Positions 56,097 through 64,000 of a DNA stretch of 64,000 bases are shown here, piece after piece. The number at the start of each line of letters is the position of its first letter. Positions within the stretch are counted from its first letter, which is position 1. The translations under genes and the position numbers were made by a program. Below the pieces are notes generated by a model, which was not told the origin of the DNA, ran no database searches, and saw nothing but the letters and a program-made list of their open reading frames with translations. The stretch comes from Candidatus Nomurabacteria bacterium (GTDB taxonomy: Bacteria > Patescibacteriota > Minisyncoccia > Phycocordibacterales > UBA9973): contig CAWJHU010000001.1 of assembly GCA_963842815.1 (NCBI GenBank), forward strand, positions 94,497 to 158,496, given 5' to 3'.

Positions 56097-56978
56097 ATGC
56101 CCGAATTACCAGAGGTAGAAACGACAGTGAGAGCTTTAAAAAAGACAGTTGTGGGTCTTGTTATAAAGGATGTTTGGACAGACCTCAATACAAAAGATAA
56201 ACGCAAGATAGACACGGTTGCAAATCCCAAATATTTTAAATTTTTTAAAAAAGAAGTCATCGGTAAAAAAATTCTATCCGCAGAAAGACAAGCAAAAAAT
56301 ATTTTAATAAATTTGTCCGGCGGCAAAACCATTCTGATTCACATGAAAATGACCGGACATTTGCTTTACAACAACCGCGACAAATATGTTCATGCTCTTT
56401 TTACCCTGTCGAACGGAAAACCCCGAACTAGAGCAAGCTCAGGACAGGACAAGTTTTTGGCTTTTTCGGATATTCGTAAATTTGGCAAGATAACTTTGCT
56501 CCATACAAAAACCGCCCACGACTCAAAGCATCTGGCTGGAATAGGTCCGGAACCTTTGGATAAAAAATTCACCCTACAAGATTTTACAGATAGATTAAAA
56601 AAGAAACCGAATGGAAAAATTAAAACGGTTTTGATGGACCAATCGGTAATAGCCGGCATCGGCAACATTTATTCCGATGAAATACTTTGGAAAACTACGG
56701 TGCATCCGGAAAGAAAAGTTTCAAAAATAAAAGAAAAAGAGTTTAAAGAAATGTTTAAAGCAATGCGAGAAATTCTGGCCAAAAGCATAAAGCTTGGTGG
56801 AGATTCAATGTCTGATTATATAAATCTATCCGGGAAAAAAGGGAAATTCCAGTTTTACCATGAGGCCTATAAGAGAACCAGCGAAAAATGCAGAAAAAAG
56901 GGCTGTAGGGGCATCATAAAAAGAAAAGTTGTTAATGTCCGCAGTGCGCACTTTTGCTCTATACACCAAGTACTCTAA
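56097..56978 (+). CDS. mutM: Formamidopyrimidine-DNA glycosylase (Fpg/MutM family)
   Basis: The MPELPEVE N-terminus (catalytic Pro2 and Glu3) and a C-terminal zinc finger (CRKKGCRG...HFCSIHQ). Confidence 0.85.
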   Translation: MPELPEVETTVRALKKTVVGLVIKDVWTDLNTKDKRKIDTVANPKYFKFFKKEVIGKKILSAERQAKNILINLSGGKTILIHMKMTGHLLYNNRDKYVHALFTLSNGKPRTRASSGQDKFLAFSDIRKFGKITLLHTKTAHDSKHLAGIGPEPLDKKFTLQDFTDRLKKKPNGKIKTVLMDQSVIAGIGNIYSDEILWKTTVHPERKVSKIKEKEFKEMFKAMREILAKSIKLGGDSMSDYINLSGKKGKFQFYHEAYKRTSEKCRKKGCRGIIKRKVVNVRSAHFCSIHQVL

Positions 56979-57438
56979 ACAAAACTATTCCGCAAGCGAC
57001 AGAAACATTTAAAGATTCTTTTTGGCCCCGCATTGGGATTTCGGCGATTATATTGCACTTTTTTAAAATGTTTTTTGGGATTCCAGGCACTTCGCTACCC
57101 AGAATAAAGGCATTCTTCCTTTGCAATTTCACTTTTTTATAATCAATGGAATTTTTCGCCTGTTCCACGCCGATAATCAAATATTTTTTTCGTTTTAATT
57201 TGGCAAGCAGAGCAGAAATACTTTTTTTATATTCCCAGGGCACGAATTTTTCCGCCCCCAGGGCGGATTTGGTCATATCTTTGCGGATTCTGCCAAAACG
57301 GTCCAGCGGAGTAGGCGTATAGCCCGTCAAATAAATTTTATTTATACCCACCGCATCGGCAGTCCGAAACATCGCCCCCACATTGGTCACACTCCTGACA
57401 TTATGAATTATTAAAATATTTTCCTGATTCTTTTGCAT
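56959..57438 (-). CDS. SpoU/TrmH-family RNA 2'-O-methyltransferase
   Basis: IIHNVRSVTNVGAMFRTADAVGINKIYLTG is the SPOUT motif. Confidence 0.75.
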   Translation of the reverse strand: MQKNQENILIIHNVRSVTNVGAMFRTADAVGINKIYLTGYTPTPLDRFGRIRKDMTKSALGAEKFVPWEYKKSISALLAKLKRKKYLIIGVEQAKNSIDYKKVKLQRKNAFILGSEVPGIPKNILKKCNIIAEIPMRGQKESLNVSVACGIVLFRVLGV

Positions 57439-57445
57439 TTTTTAA

Positions 57446-58078
57446 TTAAAACAGCCTGGCTTGAACATCTTCCATTCTTTTCTGCGGTTCAACATTTTTT
57501 CCCTCCACTTTTGTAAAATCGCCCTTGTCTATTTTGGCGAGCGCGCCGGGGATTCTTTTAAAACTTTCCTCGAACATTTTCATATTTTCATTGCCCCGCA
57601 GGGCGGCAGCCGGGTGGAGCAGGGGCAGAATAAAATGTTTTTCAACCTCAAAGAGTTTGCCCTGGTCCCTCGTAATTTTAGCCATGGGTAAAAAATAATT
57701 CATAGAAAATCGTCCGAGAGGAACAATGATTTTTGGATTTATTATTTCTATCTGCTTGGCCAAATACGGTTTATATTTTTCTATTTCTTCTTCATTCGGG
57801 TCGCGATTTTCCGGAGGCCTTCGCTTTACTATATTTGTGATATACACATCTTCTTCTTTCCAACCCAACTTGCGTATATTGGTTCGGAGTAATTGCCCGG
57901 CCCGGCCGACAAAAGGGCGCTTTTGCACGTCTTCATTAAAACCCGGCGCTTCGCCTATAAAGAGAATTTCGCAATCCGGACTGCCTTCGCCAAAAACAAG
58001 ATTGGAGTCCTGCAGGGGTAAGGTTTTGTCTTCCGCCATTTCCTGTTTTAATTTGTCGAGTTCGACAAGTTTGTTCAT
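57446..58078 (-). CDS. Uracil-DNA glycosylase, family 4
   Basis: ILFIGEAPGFNEDVQKRPFVGRAGQLL matches the GEAPG...PFVG.AG.LL signature. Confidence 0.85.
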   Translation of the reverse strand: MNKLVELDKLKQEMAEDKTLPLQDSNLVFGEGSPDCEILFIGEAPGFNEDVQKRPFVGRAGQLLRTNIRKLGWKEEDVYITNIVKRRPPENRDPNEEEIEKYKPYLAKQIEIINPKIIVPLGRFSMNYFLPMAKITRDQGKLFEVEKHFILPLLHPAAALRGNENMKMFEESFKRIPGALAKIDKGDFTKVEGKNVEPQKRMEDVQARLF

Positions 58079-58089
58079 ATTTATTTTTG

Positions 58090-58162
58090 TCCGCCCGCTC
58101 GGGATCGAACCGAGGACCTTATCCTTAAAAGGGATCTGCTCTACCAGCTGAGCTACGGGCGG
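58090..58162 (-). tRNA. tRNA-Lys (anticodon TTT), no CCA
   Basis: Reverse complement CCGCCCGTAGCTCAGCTGGTAGAGCAGATCCCTTTTAAGGATAAGGTCCTCGGTTCGATCCCGAGCGGGCGGA; anticodon loop CTTTTAA. Confidence 0.8.
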
Positions 58163-58184
58163 ATGCTCTCATCCTAACAGATTT

Positions 58185-58832
58185 TTAAAAAGCATCAAGT
58201 AAAAACTGTTCAAAGACTGTTTCCGCATCAAGTCCTTTTTTGCGTGCCTCCGGTAAAAGATAAGAAAGTTTGCGAGCAAATTTTTTAAGTTCCTCCTCGG
58301 AAAACTTGTTAAAATCTTTCTTTAGCATCATATCTTTAACCTTCCAAAAAAGAACCCCGATAAGCGCTTCCATTTCTATTCCCCTTTCTAGCGCCTGCCG
58401 AAAATAAATCCACAGATTAAGCTTGTCTCTGCTGCCAAAGGCATTGGCCAGCAAAAAACTGTTAAATTTTTCTATTTTCCCTTTGGGTAATTCAAAAACA
58501 TTGATCTCCGCTCTGGCTTTTTTAAAAGCGTCCAATATTGATTTGTTTAATTTCCCTTCTAAAAAAATAAAGTCGTTCTTTGATTCGCCCATGAGATTTA
58601 ATTTATTCAAAATGAAATTTAATGTTTCTTCTTTTTCAAAAATATCCGTAAAAATTACCATGCATTTTGTAAAAAAAAGTCCGGAGCCGGAGTATAAGCT
58701 TTCAATTTCCATCGGGTCAAAATCATTTTTGCCTATAAAAAAAGTCTCTGTGCCCTCCGCCACAGATTTTATAAATTTTTCATAACTGGAATGCTTATTT
58801 TTTACATCCTCCCCGCAAAAAAGATAAATCAT
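58185..58832 (-). CDS. holA: DNA polymerase III delta subunit (HolA-like, short form), putative
   Basis: N-terminal MIYLFCGEDVKNK... with a clamp-loader delta-like layout; weak similarity only. Confidence 0.45.
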   Translation of the reverse strand: MIYLFCGEDVKNKHSSYEKFIKSVAEGTETFFIGKNDFDPMEIESLYSGSGLFFTKCMVIFTDIFEKEETLNFILNKLNLMGESKNDFIFLEGKLNKSILDAFKKARAEINVFELPKGKIEKFNSFLLANAFGSRDKLNLWIYFRQALERGIEMEALIGVLFWKVKDMMLKKDFNKFSEEELKKFARKLSYLLPEARKKGLDAETVFEQFLLDAF

Positions 58833-58833
58833 A

Positions 58834-59325
58834 TTAGAATTTTATCGATTTTTTGTATTCCAAATAAGGGGCGCCATACTTTTCCGCAAGAATTTTTTCT
58901 TCTTTTCTAAGAAATACAAACTTGCCTAAAATAAGTGAAATGATTGAAAAAACAACCACAAAAAGGGCGTTGGTTATAATGCCAAAGCCAAACACCAAAA
59001 AGAAAAGTCCCAGGTGCGTTGGACCCCTGGTATAGCGATAGGGACCCTGACAAAATGTTTCTTTGCTCAAATTTTCTTTATCCAAATCCAGAGAAGTTCG
59101 CTGGGCCCAAAATATTAAAAATGTTCCCAGGGCCAAAAAGAAAACACCTGCCAGAGAGAAGGCGTAATTTTCAAAAACTTTAAGCGGGAAAAGAAAATCC
59201 AAAAAAAGGCTGAATAAAAATAAAAGGAAAAAGGATAGGTAGGAATAGGCTAAAACTTTATGCACTTTATTTTTGTGCGAATTCTCAGTCCCCGGTTGTT
59301 CTGTTGTGTTTCCTATTTCCATCAC
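58834..59325 (-). CDS. ICMT/PEMT-family membrane methyltransferase
   Basis: GPYRYTRGPTHLG...FLRKEEKILAEKYGAPYLEYKKSIKF matches the isoprenylcysteine carboxyl methyltransferase family C-terminal motif. Confidence 0.6.
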   Translation of the reverse strand: MMEIGNTTEQPGTENSHKNKVHKVLAYSYLSFFLLFLFSLFLDFLFPLKVFENYAFSLAGVFFLALGTFLIFWAQRTSLDLDKENLSKETFCQGPYRYTRGPTHLGLFFLVFGFGIITNALFVVVFSIISLILGKFVFLRKEEKILAEKYGAPYLEYKKSIKF

Positions 59326-59349
59326 TTTATTGTATCACAAAATATACCC

Positions 59350-61761
59350 TTATTTAACCTCTCCCAGATTATTCCCCGAGCCGGAATGCACTATCAAAGG
59401 AATCTCGGTTTTATAATGCAAATAGGACCGTTCCAGCACCGTTTGCATGGCATTTTTGATTATTTTTTCGGCCTCCGAAAGCGCTTTTTCTTCCACTTCA
59501 TAAACCAATTCATCATGTATTTGAAGCACCAAATGCACCCTGTCCAGAAAACTTTTTCTTTTTAAATCTTCTTCCGCAAATCTTATGGCCAGCTTTATTA
59601 TGTCTGCCGTGGCTGTCCCCTGAACCGGCGCGTTGGTGGCGGTACGCTCGGCCATGTTTTTCAAAAATGGAATTCTGGAATTTATATTCGGGAAATATCT
59701 GCGCCTGCCGAATAATGTTTCCGTGTAGGAATGTTTCATGGCAAAAATTTTTACCTCTTCCAAATAATCCCGCACTCCGGAAAATTGATTAAAATAATTA
59801 TCATAAAATTTCTGCGCTTCGGGACGAGTGCCTCCCAAACTTTTGCGTAAAGAAGAAACTCCCATGCCGTAAATAATGCCAAAATTTATTACTTTTGCCT
59901 TGCGACGCATTTCACTGTCTACTTTGTCCATGGGTACGCCAAAAACAAAGGAAGCCACTCCCGCGTGAATATCTTTTCCTTCGCGGAATATTTGGGTCAT
60001 TTTTTTATCCCCGGAAAGCATGGCCACCACCCGAAGTTCAATCTGGCTATAATCAAAAGCTAAAAGTTTGTTCCCTTTCCCTGCGACAAAACCATTTCGT
60101 ATTTTTTTGCCCAGTTCGGTTTTTATGGGCAAATTTTGCAGGTTAGGGTCCTGGGAAGAAAATCTTCCGGTGGTCGTGCCGTTTTGTAAAAATTTTGCGT
60201 GCAAGCGGCCGTCTTCGCTCACCATTTTAGGGATTACGTCAATGTAGGTGGAGAGCAATTTTTGCAACTCCCTATAAAATAATATTTCTTTTATGATTGG
60301 ATTTTCTTCTTCCAATTCTTCCAATACTGAAACCTTGGTAGAAAAGGAACCGCTGGCATTTTTCTTTTTGCTTGATTTCATTCCCATTTTGCCGAAAAGA
60401 ACTTCCCCCATTTGTTTGGGCGAATTAATATTAAATTCCGTGCTGGCCATTTTATAAATTTTAGCCGTTAATTTGTCCAATTCCTGGTGATATTCTTTTG
60501 ACAAGTTTTCAAAATATTTTTTATCTATGAGAATACCATAGTCCTCCATATCTTTTACTATGGGGATTATGGGTTTTTCTATTTCTTCATATACTTTATC
60601 CAGGTTCTTTTCTTTTAATTGCTTAAAAATATATTCGCGGGCCTTTTCAAAATCATCTGTTCTGGCAAAATGTAAAATATCTTCCAAAGATGGGTTGGTT
60701 ATGTCTGAATTTACAAGCCAAAGAGCGATGGAAGTTTCTTGGAGTTGTATGGGGGAAATTGGAGAAAGCAAAGTTTTCTCGGGTCCTCGGTTCCCTGGGT
60801 CCCCTACCCCAGCCAGACCAGCTCCAAAACTTTCTTTCTCCAATTTCCCAGAAAAAAAATTTTTTAATCTGGCAAACAGGCTTCTAAATTCAAATTCGGA
60901 AAAAACATTTTCAATTTTCTTCAAATCCGCATTTTCCCAAAAAGTTTTCTTGGGCAATTTAAAATTTATGGGCGCGTCGGTGCGGATTTTTGCCAAAGTT
61001 TTCGAAAAAAGCGCCTCTTCCTCATTGTTTTTTATAAGTTCCAGCATTCTCGGAGAAATTCCGCTTTTAACAAAATTATTTTCATCTTTTTTTAACTTTT
61101 TATAAATTTCTTCGATGGTTCCAAAATTGGTAATCAAACTGGTCGCGGTTTTTTCACCGATTCCCTTAATTCCTATGATATTATCCGACGGGTCGCCTCG
61201 CAAACCTTTATAATCCGGCAAAAGTTTCGGCTTAAATCCAAATCTTTCAACTACCTTGTCTTCATCGTATAAAATTGTGTCATTGATTCCCTTTTTAAGC
61301 GTGTATACTTTAACTTTTTCTCCATCTATCAATTGCATCGTATCCATATCGCCCGAGGCAATAATTATATTTGTATTTTTGTCTTTCTTTAATTCTTCTA
61401 CTATCGTACCTAACACGTCATCTGCCTCAAAACCCGGCGCATCATAAATAGGAATATTGAATGCGTCAAAAATCTGTCTGGAATTTTTTAATTGCACCAC
61501 AAGGGCTTCGTCAGCCTTGGCTCTCCCGGCTTTGTATCCCGCATAGGCTTCATGCCTGAAAGTTTTTTGAGGAAGGTCATAGCAGGCTACAATATAATCC
61601 GGTTTTAGGTCGGTAATTATCTTCATCAGCATGGTGGAAAGCCCGTACAAAGCCCCTGTGGGCTCTCCTTTGGTGGACAAAAACTCCGGCAAGGCATGAT
61701 AAGCGCGGTGGATTATCGCATGGGCATCCAATAATACTAATGTCTTGTTTTCTTTAGCCAT
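59350..61761 (-). CDS. polA: DNA polymerase I (5'-3' exonuclease plus polymerase domains)
   Basis: Start at MAKENKTLVLLDAHAIIHRAYHAL (the tracked ORF extends upstream to 61893); the C-terminal polymerase motifs ...RRKAKVINFGIIYG and ...QIHDELVYEV are present. Confidence 0.9.
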   Translation of the reverse strand: MAKENKTLVLLDAHAIIHRAYHALPEFLSTKGEPTGALYGLSTMLMKIITDLKPDYIVACYDLPQKTFRHEAYAGYKAGRAKADEALVVQLKNSRQIFDAFNIPIYDAPGFEADDVLGTIVEELKKDKNTNIIIASGDMDTMQLIDGEKVKVYTLKKGINDTILYDEDKVVERFGFKPKLLPDYKGLRGDPSDNIIGIKGIGEKTATSLITNFGTIEEIYKKLKKDENNFVKSGISPRMLELIKNNEEEALFSKTLAKIRTDAPINFKLPKKTFWENADLKKIENVFSEFEFRSLFARLKNFFSGKLEKESFGAGLAGVGDPGNRGPEKTLLSPISPIQLQETSIALWLVNSDITNPSLEDILHFARTDDFEKAREYIFKQLKEKNLDKVYEEIEKPIIPIVKDMEDYGILIDKKYFENLSKEYHQELDKLTAKIYKMASTEFNINSPKQMGEVLFGKMGMKSSKKKNASGSFSTKVSVLEELEEENPIIKEILFYRELQKLLSTYIDVIPKMVSEDGRLHAKFLQNGTTTGRFSSQDPNLQNLPIKTELGKKIRNGFVAGKGNKLLAFDYSQIELRVVAMLSGDKKMTQIFREGKDIHAGVASFVFGVPMDKVDSEMRRKAKVINFGIIYGMGVSSLRKSLGGTRPEAQKFYDNYFNQFSGVRDYLEEVKIFAMKHSYTETLFGRRRYFPNINSRIPFLKNMAERTATNAPVQGTATADIIKLAIRFAEEDLKRKSFLDRVHLVLQIHDELVYEVEEKALSEAEKIIKNAMQTVLERSYLHYKTEIPLIVHSGSGNNLGEVK

Positions 61762-61799
61762 TGTGTAAATTATACCATTTAAGCTATAATTTATTATTA

Positions 61800-63497
61800 A
61801 TGGCAGACTTTGACGAAGAAAAACAAAATAAACAGCTGGCTGATTTGCGCAGGCAAGAGGAGGAGGAATTGGTGGCAACATTGGCGGAATCAAAATATAA
61901 GCTTCCTTATATTGATTTGGCTCGTTTAGGCATAGACAATGAAGCGCTTCGGGCCATATCCGAAAAGGACGCCCGGGAAATGAAAGTTGCCCCCTTTAAG
62001 CTTTTTGGTAAAAATATTTTTATAGCCGTCCGTTCCCCTTCGGATGAACTTTTGGCAAAAATAAAAGACCAAATAGAAAGAGAAAATTTAATTCCCACTT
62101 TTTATATGGTATCCATGGCCAGCCTGGAAAAAGTTTGGGGCAGATACAAAGAACTTTCTCTGGCTGAAAGCTCAAAAATTGGAGGAATAGATATTTCCGG
62201 AGAAGTTTTGATAGAAATCGCCAAGGACATCAAAACAATGAAAGATATAGAAAAATTAATTCTGGACACGACCCAGGGAAAATCAATCCATAAAATTTCT
62301 CATATGTTGGAAATAATATTGGCCGGAGCCATCGCCATCAAGGCTTCCGATATACACATAGAACCGGAACAGGACAGAAGCAGACTGCGACTCCGTCTGG
62401 ATGGCGTTCTTCACGACCTGATGTTTTTTGAAAATAATATTTATCATCTGCTGAATTCAAGAATTAAACTGCTTTCCGGAATGAAATTAACCACCACCAT
62501 CGCCCAGGATGGACGTTTTAGCATTATGGAAGGAAAAGAAGAGTTGAGTATTCGTACTTCTCTTATTCCCGGCGCCTATGGCGAATCCATAGTGATGCGT
62601 ATTTTGGACCCGAAATCTATTCAGGTAAAACTTGAAGAGCTTGGCATAGAACCTTTTCTTTTTTCCGTCATAGAACAAGAAATTGCAAAACCGAATGGCT
62701 TGATTTTAGTTACCGGCCCCACCGGTTCCGGAAAAACGACCACTCTCTACGCATTTTTAAGGAAAATTTATTCTCCGGAAATAAAAATAATAACCATTGA
62801 AGACCCGGTTGAATATCATTTGAACGGTATAACTCAAACCCAAGTAAATGATGAAAAGGGCTATACTTTTTTGGAGGGATTGCGTTCCGCCCTGCGCCAG
62901 GACCCGGACGTGGTGATGGTTGGTGAAATCCGAGACGCCGAAACGGCCAAGACTGCCATAGAAGCGGCCTTGACCGGGCATATGGTTTTTTCCACTCTGC
63001 ATACCAACAACGCAGCCGGCGTTATCCCCCGTTTGATTGACCTGGGAGCAAATCCTAAAATTATGGTTTCTGCTCTTTCCCTTTCTATCGCCCAACGCCT
63101 GGTCCGCAAACTTTGTCCATTTTGTAAAATTGAAAAAGCTCCTACCGAAAACGAAACGAAAACTATGAAAATGATAATGGACGGAATAAAAGCGGAAGGC
63201 AAAAGTCTTGCCAATTATCATATAAATCCCGACGCACCCATTAAATTTTTCTCGCCTGTGGGTTGCGATAAATGCAATATGACCGGATACAAAGGACGAA
63301 TAGGTATTTTTGAAGCGATTAAAACCGACGAGGCCATAGAAAAAATAATGCCCCAGAATCCGAGCGAACGCGAAATAAAAAAAGTGGCGCGCGTTCAGAG
63401 AATACTTTCCATGCGCCAGGACGGCGTAGTAAAAATTTTAAACGGTATTACTTCCTTTGAAGAAGTGCTAAGTGTGGTTGATTTAAACGAAGAATAG
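61800..63497 (+). CDS. pilB: Type IV pilus / type II secretion ATPase (PilB/GspE family)
   Basis: LILVTGPTGSGKTTTLYAFL (Walker A), the Asp box, the His box and the C-terminal zinc-binding CxxC...CxxC; likely start MADFDEE at 61800. Confidence 0.85.
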   Translation: MADFDEEKQNKQLADLRRQEEEELVATLAESKYKLPYIDLARLGIDNEALRAISEKDAREMKVAPFKLFGKNIFIAVRSPSDELLAKIKDQIERENLIPTFYMVSMASLEKVWGRYKELSLAESSKIGGIDISGEVLIEIAKDIKTMKDIEKLILDTTQGKSIHKISHMLEIILAGAIAIKASDIHIEPEQDRSRLRLRLDGVLHDLMFFENNIYHLLNSRIKLLSGMKLTTTIAQDGRFSIMEGKEELSIRTSLIPGAYGESIVMRILDPKSIQVKLEELGIEPFLFSVIEQEIAKPNGLILVTGPTGSGKTTTLYAFLRKIYSPEIKIITIEDPVEYHLNGITQTQVNDEKGYTFLEGLRSALRQDPDVVMVGEIRDAETAKTAIEAALTGHMVFSTLHTNNAAGVIPRLIDLGANPKIMVSALSLSIAQRLVRKLCPFCKIEKAPTENETKTMKMIMDGIKAEGKSLANYHINPDAPIKFFSPVGCDKCNMTGYKGRIGIFEAIKTDEAIEKIMPQNPSEREIKKVARVQRILSMRQDGVVKILNGITSFEEVLSVVDLNEE

Positions 63498-63794
63498 AAG
63501 AGATAAAAAAACACTAATCTCTAAACAATCCTTTTGGGGCTAAGCCCCGAAAGTAACAAATCATTAGAGGATAGCCCCAGGAACTCGTGAGAGCACCAGA
63601 ACGTCCTACGCAAATTTATATAACCAAAGGCTGATTGCTTAGAGATTAGTATCTTCTTTTTTAAAAAACAAAAGAGATGTAATCTCTTTGTGAAAATAAT
63701 TATACTATGGTTCCAAATCAAGCAAATGCTATAATGTGGATATAGCTGTGGAAAGAGTGTTGATTACCCAACCACATATGAAGCATAGCATAAT

Positions 63795-64000
63795 ATGAAA
63801 AAAATGTCAAGCAAAAAAGCTAAAGAAAAAAAGGGGTCGCCTTTAGAGAAAGAATCCAATATTGGAGACTCTTTTCTGGATCAAGCCCTTCGCCCCACTC
63901 GTTGGGATGAATATATCGGCCAAAAACACATAAAAGACAACGTTAAAATCCTTTTACGGGCTGCGGAAGAAAGAGGACATATTCCGGAACATATCCTTTT
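63795..64000 (+). CDS. ruvB: Holliday-junction helicase RuvB, N-terminal part (runs off the window end)
   Basis: MKKMSSKKAKEKK...LRPTRWDEYIGQKHIKDNVKILLRAAEERGHIPEHIL is a RuvB N-terminus. Confidence 0.75.
   Translation, partial: MKKMSSKKAKEKKGSPLEKESNIGDSFLDQALRPTRWDEYIGQKHIKDNVKILLRAAEERGHIPEHIL

Noticed and set aside
59350-61893. polA start at 61893 (847 aa) as tracked
   Set aside because: The N-terminal 44 residues (MIPPMLPPIPPP...) are non-homologous. The conserved 5'-3' exonuclease region begins at MAKENK (ATG at 61759-61761), which also removes the overlap with divergent pilB.
63521-63721. 66-aa minus-strand ORF
   Set aside because: It lies in the structured intergenic region before ruvB, has no motif and has poor codon context.

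Overview
AT-rich window with small, tightly packed genes; the core housekeeping set (murB, NRAMP transporter, Sua5, L19, RluA, NDK, RuvX, RuvA, Fpg, UDG-4, PolA, S20, cold-shock protein, PilM/N/O, PilB) looks like a Patescibacteria/CPR-like genome using the standard code (TGA stops, TGG Trp). Two regions look like integrated accessory DNA, each next to a tRNA-Arg paralog. (1) About 7.17-24.52 kb: an element bounded by a 12-nt GC-rich direct repeat (CCTCTCGGTCGG) and ending at tRNA-Arg(TCT)/tRNA-Val, with an intact large serine recombinase next to the tRNA. Its cargo is a ParB-nuclease::DNA methyltransferase fusion, a second methyltransferase, and one long minus-strand operon. In that operon a Type III R-M pair (mod/res) is interleaved with unknown genes: a Cys-rich coiled-coil protein, a 210-aa ORF inserted between mod and res, a DUF2726 nuclease-like gene overlapping the res end, and a tiny acidic protein. 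The operon is flanked by two paralogous NucS/DUF91-like PD-(D/E)xK nucleases and a VRR-NUC-like nuclease. (2) About 30.68-34.96 kb, starting at the 3' end of a second tRNA-Arg-like gene: two adjacent cassettes, each bracketed by long near-identical inverted repeats that are GC-rich and hairpin-dense (X about 165-210 bp; Y about 320 bp). Cassette 1 carries a badly decayed large-serine-recombinase pseudogene; cassette 2 carries an orphan PemK/MazF-like toxin and a secreted protein with a TrbC/VirB2-like pilin C-terminus. The middle copy (rc-X fused to rc-Y) looks like an internal inverted copy of an attP-like Y-core-X junction, which points to an invertible, rearranged or att-mimicking element that I cannot assign to a described class. 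The rest of the window holds a MacAB-like efflux operon, a decayed ABC transporter (two frameshifts plus an in-frame stop), a secreted GH18-like hydrolase with a peptidoglycan-binding domain, a 1191-aa repeat-rich surface protein, an ECF sigma factor, cell-envelope genes, and tRNA-Leu, -Ser and -Lys. No CRISPR array was seen.
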